Source of the DNA: Lentisphaerales bacterium
Lineage (GTDB): Bacteria; Verrucomicrobiota; Kiritimatiellia; SPBP01
Reading direction: 5' to 3'
Assembly: GCA_032123355.1 (NCBI GenBank)
Contig: JAQBFM010000105.1
Span: forward strand, 10,692 to 74,691
Length of the DNA: 64,000 bases
Shown: in pieces, positions 63,363 to 64,000 of the stretch
How the letters are laid out: each line of letters starts with the position of its first letter
Position numbering within the stretch: position 1 is the first letter of the stretch
Position numbers and translations under genes: made by a program
The notes under the pieces: model-generated
The model's database searches: none
Told to the model about the DNA's origin: nothing
What the model saw: the letters and a program-made list of their open reading frames with translations, nothing else

Positions 63363-64000
63363 ATGCCGAAGTTCAGATTCGTTGCTCTGGATGCGCAAGG
63401 TCGAGAAACTGAAGGTATTCTCGATGCGGAAAACCAGACGCGGGCCATTTCTCTAATCAAGGAGAAAGGCTATTTCCCCACGAGCGTGATGCAGCTGGGC
63501 GCAGGCGGGGGACGGGCCGACAAGCGCAAAGAGCAGGGCACGGGCGTACAGTCAGAAATCAAGCTTCCGGCCTTCATCACCGATTTCCTCGCAGGAAGGG
63601 TTAAGGCCAAGCAGCTCATGGTGCTTACCCGCCAAATGTCGGTCCTCCTCAATGCAGGTGTTCCGCTGTTGCGTGGTCTGCAGATTCTGCTTAAGCAGGA
63701 GCCGCATCCGACCCTCAGGAAGGGTATTGGCGCCATAGGTGAATCCGTCGAAGGGGGCAGTACTTTCGCAGAGGCATTGGCGCAACAGCCCAAGATCTTC
63801 ACCCCGTTCTACGTGAACATGGTTCGGGCGGGTGAGGCCGGTGGTGTCTTGGAGGAAGTGCTGGCGCGTCTTGCCGAGCACATGGAAAAGACGGAGCGCC
63901 TCAAGAACAGAATCAAGAGCGCGATGGTATATCCGATCGTAGTGCTCGTTATTTCAGTGGTCATCCTCGTCTTCATGATGGTCAAGATCATCCCGAAATT
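63363..64000 (+). CDS. type II secretion / type IV pilus platform protein (GspF/PilC family), 3' end outside the window
   Basis: The open frame continues to the window end. The N-terminal cytoplasmic domain and first TM helix match the GspF/PilC family. Confidence 0.7.
   Translation, partial: MPKFRFVALDAQGRETEGILDAENQTRAISLIKEKGYFPTSVMQLGAGGGRADKRKEQGTGVQSEIKLPAFITDFLAGRVKAKQLMVLTRQMSVLLNAGVPLLRGLQILLKQEPHPTLRKGIGAIGESVEGGSTFAEALAQQPKIFTPFYVNMVRAGEAGGVLEEVLARLAEHMEKTERLKNRIKSAMVYPIVVLVISVVILVFMMVKIIPK

Noticed and set aside
1-64000. Scan for CRISPR arrays, rRNA genes, integrases or transposases, toxin-antitoxin pairs and prophage remnants
   Set aside because: None seen. The only repeats are the 3849-4028 tandem duplication and the 12-bp rpsK repeat. 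No spacer-repeat periodicity or mobile-element enzymes are present.

Overview
This window looks like a high-GC bacterial chromosome segment that is almost entirely core housekeeping DNA. Several lineage-specific traits (an EF-Tu with an insertion next to a '[12 protein letters not shown]' motif, no L30, zinc-type S14, a partial dcw cluster) suggest a Planctomycetota-like lineage, but that is inference from recalled sequence traits only. Reading left to right: fmt (3' part) and aroB; a small accessory stretch (unknown protein, stand-alone cNMP-binding protein, a Tat-signal histone-deacetylase-family enzyme with a tandem-duplicated 5' region, a Zn-ribbon SAM methyltransferase, a WbuC-type cupin, a uroporphyrinogen-decarboxylase-family gene fragment and about 600 bp of non-coding DNA); an AddB/AddA-like helicase-nuclease pair; a partial dcw cluster (mraZ-rsmH-ftsL-ftsI-murE-murF-mraY-murD-LysM protein-ftsW) that stops after ftsW; a convergent FecCD/BtuCDF-type ABC transporter whose ATPase carries an unusual C-terminal domain; nadB; an aconitase-family gene plus icd; and then one long uninterrupted translation/transcription block. 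That block runs tRNA-Thr, tuf, rpmG, tRNA-Trp, secE, nusG, rplKAJL, rpoBC, rpsLG, fusA, the S10-spc-alpha operons, and ends in a partial gspF/pilC-family gene. I found no CRISPR array, rRNA, integrase or transposase. I could not identify a clear-cut novel system. The best candidates for a second look are the ABC-ATPase C-terminal domain fusion, the LysM lipoprotein inside the dcw cluster, the duplicated 5' region of the exported deacetylase, and the extensions on ribosomal proteins S11 and L7/L12.
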